Origin: Candidatus Latescibacterota bacterium
GTDB lineage: Bacteria > Latescibacterota > UBA2968 > GCA-2709665
Direction of reading: 5' to 3'
Length of the DNA stretch: 64,000 bases
NCBI GenBank assembly: GCA_965219455.1
Contig: OZ244744.1
Location: 2,048,001-2,112,000, forward strand
This document shows, one piece after another, positions 47,746 to 58,276 of the stretch; position 1 is the stretch's first letter; each line of letters opens with the position of its first letter. Position numbers and translations under genes: made by a program. The notes under the pieces are model-generated. The model was not told the DNA's origin, searched no databases, and saw only the letters and a list, made by a program, of their open reading frames with translations.

Positions 47746-50700
47746 TCAAGCCTTCAATACGTGCAGGCCGCCGTCCTCCGAACAAACGGCGATTTCAGGA
47801 ATGCCGTCTCCATCGACGTCCGCGGGGACAATATCCAGGATGGGGCCGCCGGTTTGAAAGCGGCCGATCTGGCGACCATCCGCATTGGCGAGGAGGCGCA
47901 CGGTACCATCCTCGACGCCCGCCGCGACTTCGAGTCTTCCGTCGCCGTTGAAGTCGGCCGCGGCGATGCAGCGAACGACTTCGCCGAGGTCGGCGCGCCA
48001 GTGCAATGTCCTGCCGTCGCCCTTGACGACGTAGACGTTGAAACTCATGGACGATGCGACGATCTCATCCAGGCCGTCGCCATCCATGTCGGCCATCAGA
48101 ACCTGGGTGACTTCGTCGCCCGTGTTGAATTGCGAGATAAGAGTCCCGTCGGCGTTGAGAAGGTGGACGTGGGTGTCCGCGCCGGCGAAGACGACTTCCT
48201 TCAGACCGTCGCCGTCGACGTCGCCCGCCGCGGCGCTATTGGCGCGGGGGCCCGTGGCCGGATGATAGGACCAGCGGATTTCGCCGTTCCCGTCGATGCA
48301 GTGCCAGCGGTGGTAGTCCGTTCCGGCGATAACCTCGTCCCGGCCGTCGCCATCCAGGTCGGCGGCGCAACCGGTGGACGAGGGGCGCACGGTCATCTGG
48401 CGCCAGAGTTCTTCTCCCTCGTGTGTGAAGGCGTGATAGCGCCACGATTCCACGGCGGCGATGATCTCGAGGTTGCCGTCGCCGTTGATGTCGCCGGTGA
48501 AAACCGACCGGACGACGGGATCCTGGAAGTAGAAGGGGATCTTGACGTCCCACTTCAACTCCCCCCTCGCGTCGAGGACGTACACACGGGTGTCTTCCGA
48601 CCCGGCGATGATTTCCGGCAGGCCGTCGTTTTCCAGGTCTGCGGTCCACACGGAGCGCACGACGCCACCGGTGGGATAGCGCCAGAGAGAATGACCCTCT
48701 TTATATGCGTGGACGGACCGTGTGCGGCCGCCGGCGATGACCTCATCCTTACCGTCGCCGTCCAGATCCGCGGCCTGTACGGACAGCAAAGCGCTGTCTT
48801 CCCTGTGAGACCAGAGCGCGGGTAGATCCGGAATGCGGCGCCTCCTGCGCGAGGTCGGAAAGCGGGGCGTGATATGTGGTCTGGTCTTTTTGGCTGCGGC
48901 GCGGCGGAGTCCCGTGAGGGCCGGCGGGATCAGCGCGACGTCGTGCCTGCCGCCGGTCGCACGGAACGTGACGGCGCCGTTAGAGACGTCGGCGGCGATG
49001 GGCCTGCCGTCCAATTCGACCTCCGTCCTGCCTCCGGAGGACAGCGTGATCGTCGTCGGACCGGAGGTGACGAGAGTGCCCCGCGCCGCCGAGAGATCGT
49101 ATTCGAAGGACACGGGGCGATCGCTCTTGAATGTAACGCCTTCCCAGGAAACTTCCGTGCCGTCGACAACGGCAATGGTACGGGGAGAAATCTGAAACTG
49201 GGCGGCCGCGACACTGGGGCCCGACGGCAGCGCCGTCGCCCTGTGGGTCTCGCCGACGCCGGCAAAGGCGGTTTCCGGTCCGCCATCGATGCGTACGGCG
49301 GTCTCGGCAACCTGCGTCATTCTGAACTTCAGGGGACTGCAATAGAGAAGGTTGAAAAAACGATAGGCCTCCCCTTTTTTGAGATGCACGTCAACGATCT
49401 GCTGAAGTACGCGTACGATGGGTTCGGCGTGAGTATAGCGATCCCAGTTCTTTCCGGTTTCCGGGTCGTCCTCGAGTTTGATCCGGGGACCCGTCAGGCC
49501 ATGAATGAAGAATTGCTCGCCATTTTGTTCCACGGCCAGGCCGCCGTGGCGGGGTTGCACGTTGCCCAGCGTGTGCCAGACGGCGCGCAAGCTGTAGTCC
49601 GCTTCGTCCTGAGCTTCCATTTCATCGATAACGAGAAAATAGGCCCCACGACTCCACAGGATGTTCCGGCGCCAGTCCACGCCGCTGTACGATCGAAGCG
49701 TTGTCTGCGAGAATCCCGAATTCACGTTGGCGGAAAATTGTTCGAGTTCCGCAAAGGGCGGTATTTCGGCGGATTGCCCGTTTCTGAAAATGAGGACGCC
49801 GTTGTGAAATTTGGGCAGCGATTTGATGTAGTCGCAGTCAGCCAGCCAGATACGGTTGTTCTGGGTCAGGCGGCAGATCGAGTTGCCGTCGTAATGTTTG
49901 TGGCCGCCGTTCGAAAGGCCGTCGAGGAAGAGATATTGGTTCTGAGGGTCGAAACCATCCCGGAAGACGACCTTGTCGAAGGTCTTGTTCAAAGGCAGAT
50001 GGTCGCCGCCGCTGTTGGAAGCGTAATAGAGCGAATCCACCGGAAAGACCTGGGCGCCCTCCATGTCCGCAGGTTCGACCGCATCGACGTCCCGGCTGTG
50101 TTCATATGGATGCGCGTTGGCGGCCATGGCTTTTTTCTTGTCGAGCATCCACTGGTAGCGGCCGTCGCCCGTCACGCAGACCATGGCTCGCAGGTAGGGT
50201 ACTTCAGTCCACGTTCCGAACGGGGAGGCCGTGTCTCCGTTGGGCACGGCGCAGCCCAGGTTATCCGTGGTAAGGATGGCGTAATCGCCGGCGCGCTGCG
50301 CATTGCCGGTATCGAAGAACGTCATATCACCCGAACTGAGGGTGTAGCGCATTGCGTGGAAGTGCGTGCGCCACTGGTAGTGGCCGCAGTCCTCCAGGGG
50401 TTTGAACGCGTTGACCTGCACCCTGAAACATTTCTCAGCCAGTGCCAGCCATTTGTAAGCCTGCGCGGCTTTGTAGTACTTTTTGAAATAGACGCCGGCA
50501 TAGTGCAGGCCCAGGGCGGCGTACGTGGCGTGATTGTGACGGACGTGCTCATTGTCGACGTTGCCGACGCGCGATACGCAGTCTGTGATGAACTCGAACA
50601 GGATGCGGGTAATCCGCAGGCGGTCTTCAGCGGAGATGACGGGGCTCTCTTCCACGAGATCCCATCCCGGCATGACGTACTGCAGCGCGAAGTCCGCGTC

Positions 50701-51450
50701 GAAACCCCACACGCTGCCATAATTGTCGGGATCGGACTTGACATGGTCGTACATCCGGTAGACCAGTCGTTTGTAAATCTCCGCGTACACGTTGTTTCCG
50801 GTGAGCCCGTAGTGCAGGCCCCGCTGCCCGATGCGGCCCCACAACCCGGTATGGCAGCCTCGTTTGAGGTCTTCTTCGGCTTCCGCCATCTCGGCCTCGA
50901 GGTCCGGTTCTTCGGGGATGCCTGCGTCGTGACGGGCATCCGGACCCCACTTTACATCGAACATGGGACCGAGAGTGAGCGTCGATTCCCCCTTGAGGCG
51001 CTCAAGTAAGAGACCTGTGGCGGTTTCGACTCCTGATATATCGCTGCCGAAAAGGCCAACGGCGTTTTTGCCGTTGCCCCAGGGATCGTGGATGGTGTGC
51101 AGAAGATGTCCGCCGTTTCCGGGGTAGTGGTCGTCGGCGGGGGTGTAGCTGTAGCCGTAAAGCCGGAATATCGCCCGGCTGGTGTTCAGGTTGCCCAGAA
51201 GGATGAGGTGCCTCCGGGGTGTCCTGGCGACCGCGGCGTGGTCGAGGATGGGAAGGTCGGCGCCGGAAAGGTCGTGGATTTTTTTCTGGACAGACTCGGC
51301 AAGGGCGGCGTACCGGTCATCCGACGGACGCACAATGGCGGCCATGGGGCGCCCGTCTTCCACCAGGTTGGTGTCCGGGTACCGCGGTTTGGGCTTCGTC
51401 AGATTCTTGAGGGACATCCTTCGCGACGGCATGGCGGGCTCCGGGGGCAA
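47746..51450 (-). CDS. large heparinase-like protein with C-terminal FG-GAP/VCBS beta-propeller
   Basis: HNH, GGHKHYDGN, HNGV core; eight D-x-(D/N/E)-(G/N)-D-G..E repeats in the C-terminal ~350 aa. Confidence 0.72.
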   Translation of the reverse strand: MPPEPAMPSRRMSLKNLTKPKPRYPDTNLVEDGRPMAAIVRPSDDRYAALAESVQKKIHDLSGADLPILDHAAVARTPRRHLILLGNLNTSRAIFRLYGYSYTPADDHYPGNGGHLLHTIHDPWGNGKNAVGLFGSDISGVETATGLLLERLKGESTLTLGPMFDVKWGPDARHDAGIPEEPDLEAEMAEAEEDLKRGCHTGLWGRIGQRGLHYGLTGNNVYAEIYKRLVYRMYDHVKSDPDNYGSVWGFDADFALQYVMPGWDLVEESPVISAEDRLRITRILFEFITDCVSRVGNVDNEHVRHNHATYAALGLHYAGVYFKKYYKAAQAYKWLALAEKCFRVQVNAFKPLEDCGHYQWRTHFHAMRYTLSSGDMTFFDTGNAQRAGDYAILTTDNLGCAVPNGDTASPFGTWTEVPYLRAMVCVTGDGRYQWMLDKKKAMAANAHPYEHSRDVDAVEPADMEGAQVFPVDSLYYASNSGGDHLPLNKTFDKVVFRDGFDPQNQYLFLDGLSNGGHKHYDGNSICRLTQNNRIWLADCDYIKSLPKFHNGVLIFRNGQSAEIPPFAELEQFSANVNSGFSQTTLRSYSGVDWRRNILWSRGAYFLVIDEMEAQDEADYSLRAVWHTLGNVQPRHGGLAVEQNGEQFFIHGLTGPRIKLEDDPETGKNWDRYTHAEPIVRVLQQIVDVHLKKGEAYRFFNLLYCSPLKFRMTQVAETAVRIDGGPETAFAGVGETHRATALPSGPSVAAAQFQISPRTIAVVDGTEVSWEGVTFKSDRPVSFEYDLSAARGTLVTSGPTTITLSSGGRTEVELDGRPIAADVSNGAVTFRATGGRHDVALIPPALTGLRRAAAKKTRPHITPRFPTSRRRRRIPDLPALWSHREDSALLSVQAADLDGDGKDEVIAGGRTRSVHAYKEGHSLWRYPTGGVVRSVWTADLENDGLPEIIAGSEDTRVYVLDARGELKWDVKIPFYFQDPVVRSVFTGDINGDGNLEIIAAVESWRYHAFTHEGEELWRQMTVRPSSTGCAADLDGDGRDEVIAGTDYHRWHCIDGNGEIRWSYHPATGPRANSAAAGDVDGDGLKEVVFAGADTHVHLLNADGTLISQFNTGDEVTQVLMADMDGDGLDEIVASSMSFNVYVVKGDGRTLHWRADLGEVVRCIAAADFNGDGRLEVAAGVEDGTVRLLANADGRQIGRFQTGGPILDIVPADVDGDGIPEIAVCSEDGGLHVLKA

Positions 51451-51474
51451 AAGTCGAACCGGGCAAGTTTCTCT

Positions 51475-52257
51475 CTACTGTTGCCCGATGAGTTGCTTCA
51501 GGAATGCGATTTCGTGTTCCGCGGTCTCGTAAGGCGGATGATGGCTGCCGTGTTCGATCGAAATATATCCGTCAAAGCCCTTGGATTGCAGGACACGGAT
51601 GAACGCCGGAAAATCCACGTCGCCGGAGTCGAGAAACGTGAGCTGCGGCCAGTTTCCCACCCAGTTGTGGGCGTGCAGATGGACAACGTGTTCCCCGAGT
51701 TGCTCGGCAGTATGGAAGACGGATTCGCCGATGAGAGGAGTCTGGAGATTTACAGTGAGGTTCTGCATACCCACGTCTTCAAGCAGTCTCAGAGTGCTCG
51801 GACTGGTGTCCGTGAGGTTGGGCCCATGGTGGATAACCTGGTGGGTTTCCAATGGGAAGACGATGTTGTGGACGGCGCCCATTTCGCAGATTTTCCGCAA
51901 GCCCCTGACACAGGCGTCCCATTGCCGGGCGGTCGCGTCCGCGCTCCCCACGTTGCCGGTGTAGGTTCGTACAAAGGGACAGTCGAGTTCGACCGCGTAA
52001 CCGATGAAGGTCTCGGCATCCCGGATGCTCTGATCCCAGGTTGCCTGGCTGGTGGTGAAGTCGAAGTAGGGGCAGATCTGCACGATCCGGAGGTCGTGTT
52101 CGGCCGTAACTGAACGGACCCATCCCAGATCCGCGTGGCAGAGGTACTGTTGCCAGAGTTCGATGCCGTCATAACCCAGTTCGGCGAGGTAGGGTATGGC
52201 CTTTTCCTGATCGGCCTGTGTATTGCCGAAAGCGTTTGTGCAGAATGAGGACTTCAT
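51475..52257 (-). CDS. sugar phosphate isomerase/epimerase (xylose-isomerase-like TIM barrel)
   Basis: GYDGIEL, LETH, HLHAH, G.VDF, GFDGYISIEH. Confidence 0.85.
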   Translation of the reverse strand: MKSSFCTNAFGNTQADQEKAIPYLAELGYDGIELWQQYLCHADLGWVRSVTAEHDLRIVQICPYFDFTTSQATWDQSIRDAETFIGYAVELDCPFVRTYTGNVGSADATARQWDACVRGLRKICEMGAVHNIVFPLETHQVIHHGPNLTDTSPSTLRLLEDVGMQNLTVNLQTPLIGESVFHTAEQLGEHVVHLHAHNWVGNWPQLTFLDSGDVDFPAFIRVLQSKGFDGYISIEHGSHHPPYETAEHEIAFLKQLIGQQ

Positions 52258-52404
52258 GGCAATGAAAAGACCGAGAGTAAAACGCACCTGTCGTCGTATC
52301 GAGAAATATTCTGCCATCGGTTCAACAAATGCGTAAAATAGAAGCACTACAGGCAATGTCAAACGCAATTTGGATCGCGTTCATTCGAATTAAGGGAGGA
52401 ATCT

Positions 52405-53988
52405 ATGTCCGGACCCTTTGACTACGGGATCATCTACAACTGGGACGGGGCGCCGCACGGCTATACCGAGGTGCCGCAGTCGATGGAGGCGTTCCTGGAA
52501 AAAACTTACGCGCCCCTTGAGGAGACGCAGGTGGGGGCGCTGTTCTGGTGCATCGGCGAACACGCTGCTCGCTGGCCGGATTCCGCGCTGGAAATGTTGG
52601 GCGACGTTCATGAGAGAAGGTATGAGAACGTCTCGGCCTATACCCACACCGAAAACATCCGCCGGATGCTCGAGCGGGGGGAGGATCCGCAGGCCTCGCT
52701 GATCGAACGCGGCCGCGCCCTGGGCATGGACGTCTACGCATCCGTACGCATGAACGATAACCACTTCGACGGGGCGCAGGTGGAAGACCTGCCCGCGCTC
52801 CACCACACCGAGTTGACGCGGATGCGCCGGGAACATCCGGAGTGGGTACTCGGCGATCGGACGTCGGAGTGGTTCGCGCTTTCGTGGAATATGGCTGTGC
52901 CGGAAGTCCGAGAGCACCGGTATACCCATATCGAGGAGATCGTTACGAGGTACGACTGGGACGGCGTGGAACTGGACTGGCAGCGGCATGCGTTTCACCT
53001 TCCCGAGGACGAGGCCTACCGGCTGCGTTACGTGCTTACCGACCTCCAGCGACGGGTCCGGCAACTCACGGACGACCTGGCAAAGCGGCGCGGCCGGCCG
53101 TTCTATCTGGCGGCGCGCGTGGCGGGTTCACAGGAGATGTGCCGCCGCATCGGCTACGATATTCCGGTGTGGATCGAGGAGGGGCTGGTGGACATCCTGA
53201 TTCTGGGAGGCGGCGCGGTAACCGACGCGTCTCCGGAGGTGGCCGCGTTTGTGGAGATGTGCCGGGACAGGGGGATCGCCGTCTATCCCGGATTCGACAG
53301 CGGGTTGCCCGACCCGTTCGTGGGCCCGGAAGAACTTGACGCCAAGGACAGAATGCGCACCCGTGCGATTGCCTCCCGCCACCATCGCGCCGGCGCCGAC
53401 GGCATCTATGTGTTCAACTGGCACGCCAACCGGGACTCGAAGCGGGAGTTGCTCTCGCAGATCGGCTCGGTCCGGACGCTGCGCCGCACCGACAAGATCT
53501 ACGCCGCCACACACCGGTTCATCCAGAAAAGGGGACCATGGCGCGGCGCCTACCGGATCGACCGGATCCTGGGCGAGGTGCCGGTGGCCCTCAAGAAAAC
53601 CATGGCGGGCGAGATGCCGGTCATCACCCTGGACATTGCCGAGGACGTCGAGAAAGATAGTCCGTCGCACCTGGAACTCCGTGTCCGCCTCGACCAGTGG
53701 GTGGTTGGCGATCGGGTTCGGGTATGCTGGGACGGGCAAGAACTGAAGGACCCACAAATACGCTACTGCGTTATGGACAACACCAATCCTCCGGGCGGCG
53801 CCTTCCAGCCTCCACCGGGCATTCGCCGCATTTCCGACGTGAGCCGGGCGGCCTGGCTTTGCTTCCCGCTTCGCCCCTCGGAAATCGCCCGGGGGAAGCA
53901 TGCCGTTGGGGTGGGACTGATTGAACGCCACCCCCAGTTGGCATGCGACCTCATCCTTACGGACGTGGAAGTGGTCGTTCGGTACTGA
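52405..53988 (+). CDS. GHL10-like glycoside hydrolase TIM-barrel protein
   Basis: YNWDG, SVRMND.H, YDWDGVELDWQRH, GADGIYVFNW. Confidence 0.72.
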   Translation: MSGPFDYGIIYNWDGAPHGYTEVPQSMEAFLEKTYAPLEETQVGALFWCIGEHAARWPDSALEMLGDVHERRYENVSAYTHTENIRRMLERGEDPQASLIERGRALGMDVYASVRMNDNHFDGAQVEDLPALHHTELTRMRREHPEWVLGDRTSEWFALSWNMAVPEVREHRYTHIEEIVTRYDWDGVELDWQRHAFHLPEDEAYRLRYVLTDLQRRVRQLTDDLAKRRGRPFYLAARVAGSQEMCRRIGYDIPVWIEEGLVDILILGGGAVTDASPEVAAFVEMCRDRGIAVYPGFDSGLPDPFVGPEELDAKDRMRTRAIASRHHRAGADGIYVFNWHANRDSKRELLSQIGSVRTLRRTDKIYAATHRFIQKRGPWRGAYRIDRILGEVPVALKKTMAGEMPVITLDIAEDVEKDSPSHLELRVRLDQWVVGDRVRVCWDGQELKDPQIRYCVMDNTNPPGGAFQPPPGIRRISDVSRAAWLCFPLRPSEIARGKHAVGVGLIERHPQLACDLILTDVEVVVRY

Positions 53989-54043
53989 CGCGAGATAATA
54001 ACGTCGAACATGGGCACGATAGTCCAAACTGATAGGAGATGCC

Positions 54044-54628
54044 ATGGCCACTATCGATCAATTGCAAGAGCGAGTTCGCGCTGAACTGCCGGAAGCCGGG
54101 GAAATCGCCGATGCTGCGCTGCGGGAGAAGGTCATCGAGGCGTGGGCGACCGCGCTGGCGGACAGCAGCTTCGAGTCGATTGCGGAGATCCGGCCATCCG
54201 GAAATCCCGATACGCCGCCACTGAAGAAGGGGACGCAGACCGACCACATCCGCGGGGTGACCCGCCTGGCGATACGGATGGCCGACGAACTCGCGGCGAT
54301 GTTTCCTGATCTGAAAGTAAACCGGGATATCCTCATCGCGGGCGCCATTTGCCACGACGTGGGCAAACCCTGGGAATTCGACCCGGAAAACCAGGCGCGC
54401 TGGAAACGTGCGCCGGGTGCGGCAGGGTGGCCTTCCATCAGGCATCCGGCCTACGGGGTACACGTGTGTCTGAGCGTGGGATTGCCCGAAGAAGTGGCGC
54501 ATATTGCAGGCGGACATTCGGGGGAAGGAGAACTGGTGGTTCGCAGCCTCGAAAACACCATCGTGAACGCCGCAGATTACGCCTTCTGGCGGGTGCTGCG
54601 GGCCGGGGGGCTGCTGGCGGAGGACTGA
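54044..54628 (+). CDS. HD-domain phosphohydrolase
   Basis: H..GV, CHDVGK, RHP.YG, HS, AD. Confidence 0.85.
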   Translation: MATIDQLQERVRAELPEAGEIADAALREKVIEAWATALADSSFESIAEIRPSGNPDTPPLKKGTQTDHIRGVTRLAIRMADELAAMFPDLKVNRDILIAGAICHDVGKPWEFDPENQARWKRAPGAAGWPSIRHPAYGVHVCLSVGLPEEVAHIAGGHSGEGELVVRSLENTIVNAADYAFWRVLRAGGLLAED

Positions 54629-54723
54629 CAGCCCGTCGAAAAAGTCCATCCGGGCTGCGGCCGGCTCGTGTCGCCGAATTACTGCGTTGCGCTCTCTCTT
54701 TCAAGTCTTCGCAGGGAATCGGA

Positions 54724-56190
54724 TCAGTCCCCGGGGGATGTTGGATACGTGCCGTAACCGACAAGGATTTCCACGTCTTCGACCACGATCCCACCTTCGA
54801 AGCCGGGAGGCCTTTTTTGCAGGGATATTTCAAGCACATTGCGACCCTTCCGCGGGCGTACTCGTTCCATTTCGAATTCCAGCAGTTGCCCCGCGTACGG
54901 ATCCCGGGATCGGATCGGAGCGCGGCGACAGGACCCGGTGTCCAGCCGGGTGCAGTTCAGGCGGACCTCGAGCCTGTCGGCCGAAACCAGATTGGTCACG
55001 CCGATCCGGAGGCGGATGCTGCGAATGCGCTCATTATCAGGGTCGTCGGCGATGGAGAAAGGGATCTGACGAAATTTTTCCGGGTCCGGTGAGGGGATCT
55101 CGAGGGGCAGCGAGGCGCCGTAGTCGTATTCCGATGCTTCGTCACAGCGGCGGCGCAGGAAGTAATGTTTGTCGGCTTCCCGCACCTGGTTGGAATCGCC
55201 AAGCTGCGTGAGGAGACTGCGCCCGGATTCATCCAGCGGCCAGGGAAGAAACCAGGTGTAGAGGCCGTCGACGCCGAGTTCCCAATAATTCGCGGCGGCC
55301 GCCCGCATCATGGCGGGGGTCGCGTTGTCGGCAGTTCGAAACCGCCGGCTTTCGTCGCTCCCATAGGGTTGAAGCATACCGTAAACCGAGACATCGTGGT
55401 CGTGGGCGGCCTGGACGATCCAGTCGATGGGCATGTTGGCGTCCAGGACGAAGTCAATGTAGAGCATGGGAACGACGAAGTCGACCAGCCCCTCCCGGAG
55501 CCAGGTTTGCACGTCCAGTCCGGTCTTGAGGTTCAGTTCTTCGGTGGGGTAGACGCGGGCGCCGATCTGGGCGCGGCCGCCCGGGCGGCCGCGGACCACT
55601 TCACTCGTTCTGCGAACGAAGTCGGTCATCACCGGCGTGCATTCGGACACGTCCTCCGTCTTCAACCAGAAGGGACTTCCGCCGGGGGCCGCGGAGAAGT
55701 CCAGTTCCACCCCTTCGACGGCGTATTCTGTGGCGAGTTCTTTCAGCACGGCGAATTGGTGGTCGCGCACTTCCGGGTGGGAAAAACCCCGCCCTCCGGT
55801 GTCGAGCGCGTGCTCCCGGGCCATGCCCCCATAGCCGCCCATGCGCAGGCTCGCGATGAAGTCCATGCCCTTTTCGTGGGCGCGGTCGACCAGGACGGCG
55901 AGAGGGTCGAGGCCGCGGGCGATGAGACCTTGCATATTCTCCCAGGCGCGCCACTCATGGACATGTTGGAATGGACGCCGATCGTCACCGAACATCAGGC
56001 CGATCCTGGAGGGATAAAAGAGACCGTCCGCACGGGAGACGCCGTAGACGAATGTGTCCACGGCCGTGCCGGCGACTTCGTCGATAGGCACATGTGCGTC
56101 TTCCAGACGCATCGGCGGTTCAAAGACGAAGAGGTAGTAGTGGCGGGCGTCGTTGAAGTAGATGGTGCGGCGCTTTCTCATCACTGGCAC
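54724..56190 (-). CDS. GHL10-like glycoside hydrolase TIM-barrel protein
   Basis: YFNDARH, ASLRM, VEGVELDF, GVDGLY; paralogous to 52405 and 56247. Confidence 0.68.
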   Translation of the reverse strand: MPVMRKRRTIYFNDARHYYLFVFEPPMRLEDAHVPIDEVAGTAVDTFVYGVSRADGLFYPSRIGLMFGDDRRPFQHVHEWRAWENMQGLIARGLDPLAVLVDRAHEKGMDFIASLRMGGYGGMAREHALDTGGRGFSHPEVRDHQFAVLKELATEYAVEGVELDFSAAPGGSPFWLKTEDVSECTPVMTDFVRRTSEVVRGRPGGRAQIGARVYPTEELNLKTGLDVQTWLREGLVDFVVPMLYIDFVLDANMPIDWIVQAAHDHDVSVYGMLQPYGSDESRRFRTADNATPAMMRAAAANYWELGVDGLYTWFLPWPLDESGRSLLTQLGDSNQVREADKHYFLRRRCDEASEYDYGASLPLEIPSPDPEKFRQIPFSIADDPDNERIRSIRLRIGVTNLVSADRLEVRLNCTRLDTGSCRRAPIRSRDPYAGQLLEFEMERVRPRKGRNVLEISLQKRPPGFEGGIVVEDVEILVGYGTYPTSPGD

Positions 56191-56246
56191 TTCCTGTAAG
56201 ACCCGGTGGTGTCTATCCGGGTGGGAAAGGGTGTAATCCGGTCCGG

Positions 56247-57830
56247 TTACTCCCCCGAAGGTTCGGACGGGCCCAGATCCGGATCATCGATCCGGTGGAA
56301 GCTCCTGCCCATGAGGTACTTGATCTCGAGTTCCACGTCGCGGATATAGATTTGCGCCGTAACGTCAGGGTCCCGTTCGAGCAGGCTGACTTCAAGGGCA
56401 TTGAGACCTTCCCTGGGCCAGAGGGCACGGTCCGGCCGGAAGACGAACCAGTAGCCGGAGCCGGTCCGGTAGCGCGGGGCGCTCATCCGGTACATCTCGT
56501 TGATCCTGCGCAGTTGTCCGTCCGGAAGGTCTTTGCCGTTGAGACTGAAGCGGAACCGGTCGCGTTCCGTGGTGTTCATGATCCTTACGCGCAGAACCAC
56601 GTCGTACACCCGTCCGTTCTCGTGCCAGCGGGGGAGGTCGTCGCTGATCCTGAATGCCACGCGTGTCGGTTCGCCCACGGTCAGCGCAGCGGGCAGGCGC
56701 ATGGCAACGCCGGATTCGGTAACGGGTCTGGGGTACCGGTCGGTCTCGGTAGGAACATAGTAGTGCTTGTCCCTCGGGGCCATAACGTCCGGGTGCGGAA
56801 GTTCCCGCAGCTTCTCGTAGAAGGATGCCTGGTAGGGCCAGTTGCCGAACCAGTGGGCCAGGTAGAGGCCGTCGACTCCATGGGTCCAGTAGTTGCACGC
56901 TGCCGCCCGGATCATTTCGATGGTGGCTTCGGCCAGTCGGTCGGAATCCACGTGGCTGTGCAGAGCGGCGTGGACCCTGCAGCCGGTGCCTCTGGCCGCT
57001 TCGACGAGTGGGCGGAAGTCGACGGTCGAGTCGAGAAGCTCCGGGGTGGAGAATGTCTGTCCGATGAGTACGTCCACGATTCCCCGCCGGAGCCATTCCC
57101 GCACGTCCATGCCCACCTCCAGACAACCCTCGATGCTGGCCGGAATGCGTACGGCAAGTTCGCGTTCGCGGCCGCTGTTCTTCACGGCACGGTGGACCCG
57201 GCCGATCCATTCGGTCAGGATCTCGCAGCCTTCTTCGACCGCATCCGGGTGGAAATAATACGGCGTGTAGTTGAGTTGCAGTTCGAAGCCGTCGACGGGG
57301 TAGACGCTCAGGGCTTCCTCGATAACGGCGAACCGTTCGTCTCGTACCTCCCGGTGACTGAAGTCAAGGCAGGTGAGGCCGGGAAAATCAGCCTCGAGGT
57401 CTCCACGGGCGCCGATTTCGAGGTGTGCGTTTTCAAACCGGAAATCGGAGCACCGGACATCCTCGTCGGGGTCCCCGCGCCCCTGCTGAACCAGAAGGGT
57501 GGGGTAGACGAGCAAGCCCTTGTCGCGAGCCCGGTCGCAGATAAGGCGCAGAGGATCGTGGCCTTCCCGGATGAGACGCATCGCGTTGCGGCTGGCTCTG
57601 TCGAAAATGAGGTGGGACCATTTTTTCACGTTGTGGCCCCAGATTTCGCCGACTTTCGTGTCGTGGAGGAAAGTGCGGCCGTCACCCAGACAGAACATGA
57701 TTGCCTCCACGGGAGTGCCCGCCAGTTCGTCCACGCCGGCTTCGAATTCCTCCTTCTGAATGGGGGGCTCGTACATATAAATCAGGGGATGACGGCCATC
57801 GTGGTAAAACATCATGCGTGGTTTTGGCAT
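56247..57830 (-). CDS. GHL10-like glycoside hydrolase TIM-barrel protein
   Basis: FYHDGRH, LDFS..EVR, VDGFELQ, GVDGLY. Confidence 0.68.
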   Translation of the reverse strand: MPKPRMMFYHDGRHPLIYMYEPPIQKEEFEAGVDELAGTPVEAIMFCLGDGRTFLHDTKVGEIWGHNVKKWSHLIFDRASRNAMRLIREGHDPLRLICDRARDKGLLVYPTLLVQQGRGDPDEDVRCSDFRFENAHLEIGARGDLEADFPGLTCLDFSHREVRDERFAVIEEALSVYPVDGFELQLNYTPYYFHPDAVEEGCEILTEWIGRVHRAVKNSGRERELAVRIPASIEGCLEVGMDVREWLRRGIVDVLIGQTFSTPELLDSTVDFRPLVEAARGTGCRVHAALHSHVDSDRLAEATIEMIRAAACNYWTHGVDGLYLAHWFGNWPYQASFYEKLRELPHPDVMAPRDKHYYVPTETDRYPRPVTESGVAMRLPAALTVGEPTRVAFRISDDLPRWHENGRVYDVVLRVRIMNTTERDRFRFSLNGKDLPDGQLRRINEMYRMSAPRYRTGSGYWFVFRPDRALWPREGLNALEVSLLERDPDVTAQIYIRDVELEIKYLMGRSFHRIDDPDLGPSEPSGE

Positions 57831-57899
57831 CTGGCGTTCCTCAAATGTGTTCTGTCCCGGAGTTGGTTTGCCGAGTTTCGGCCGACCGGGAGCAGCGAA

Positions 57900-58056
57900 A
57901 ACAGCTCTCAGCTATCAGAAAAAGCAGCTGTAAGCTATCAGCCATTAGCCGTCAGCTTGAATCAAAACCCAATCATCTCACGTCGGCGCGGTGACCTCTA
58001 CCCCCGGCCCCCTCAGGCGGAGCCATCAGCTATAAGCCGTAAGCTGTCAGCTAAAA
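57900..58056. repeat. two clusters of heptamer repeats (NAGCYNT)
   Basis: CAGCTCT CAGCTAT ... CAGCTGT AAGCTAT CAGCCAT TAGCCGT CAGCTT, and AGCCAT CAGCTAT AAGCCGT AAGCTGT CAGCT. Confidence 0.75.
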
Positions 58057-58276
58057 CCGGTTAGCGATAGGGCCAGGCGATATCAATTCGCCGATGCCAA
58101 CGCCATCACGTGGGCAACGACGTCGCGGGACCTCTCCCCCCGGCCCCCTCTCCTAAAGGAAAGGGGGAGGGTGTCGCGCCTCCTCGCGCATTTGGCCGTT
58201 GACGCGTCCGGTTGTGGTGTGGGGGGTTTTTCCGTGTCATTCCGTCCATCGCCGTGAGCTCGACAGTCTTGGCAGG

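Noticed and set aside
46728-51009. Long + strand ORFs (46728-47705, 46975-48825, 48874-51009), likewise 22746-24665 and 56295-58064
   Set aside because: Antisense shadows of well-supported genes in GC-rich DNA, with no recognisable motifs.
54628-54720. IS/MITE end-like sequence (AGCCCGTCGAAAAAGT; similar GAGCCGTTGAGAAAGT at ~44240)
   Set aside because: No matching opposite end or transposase remnant; may just be a hairpin between convergent genes.
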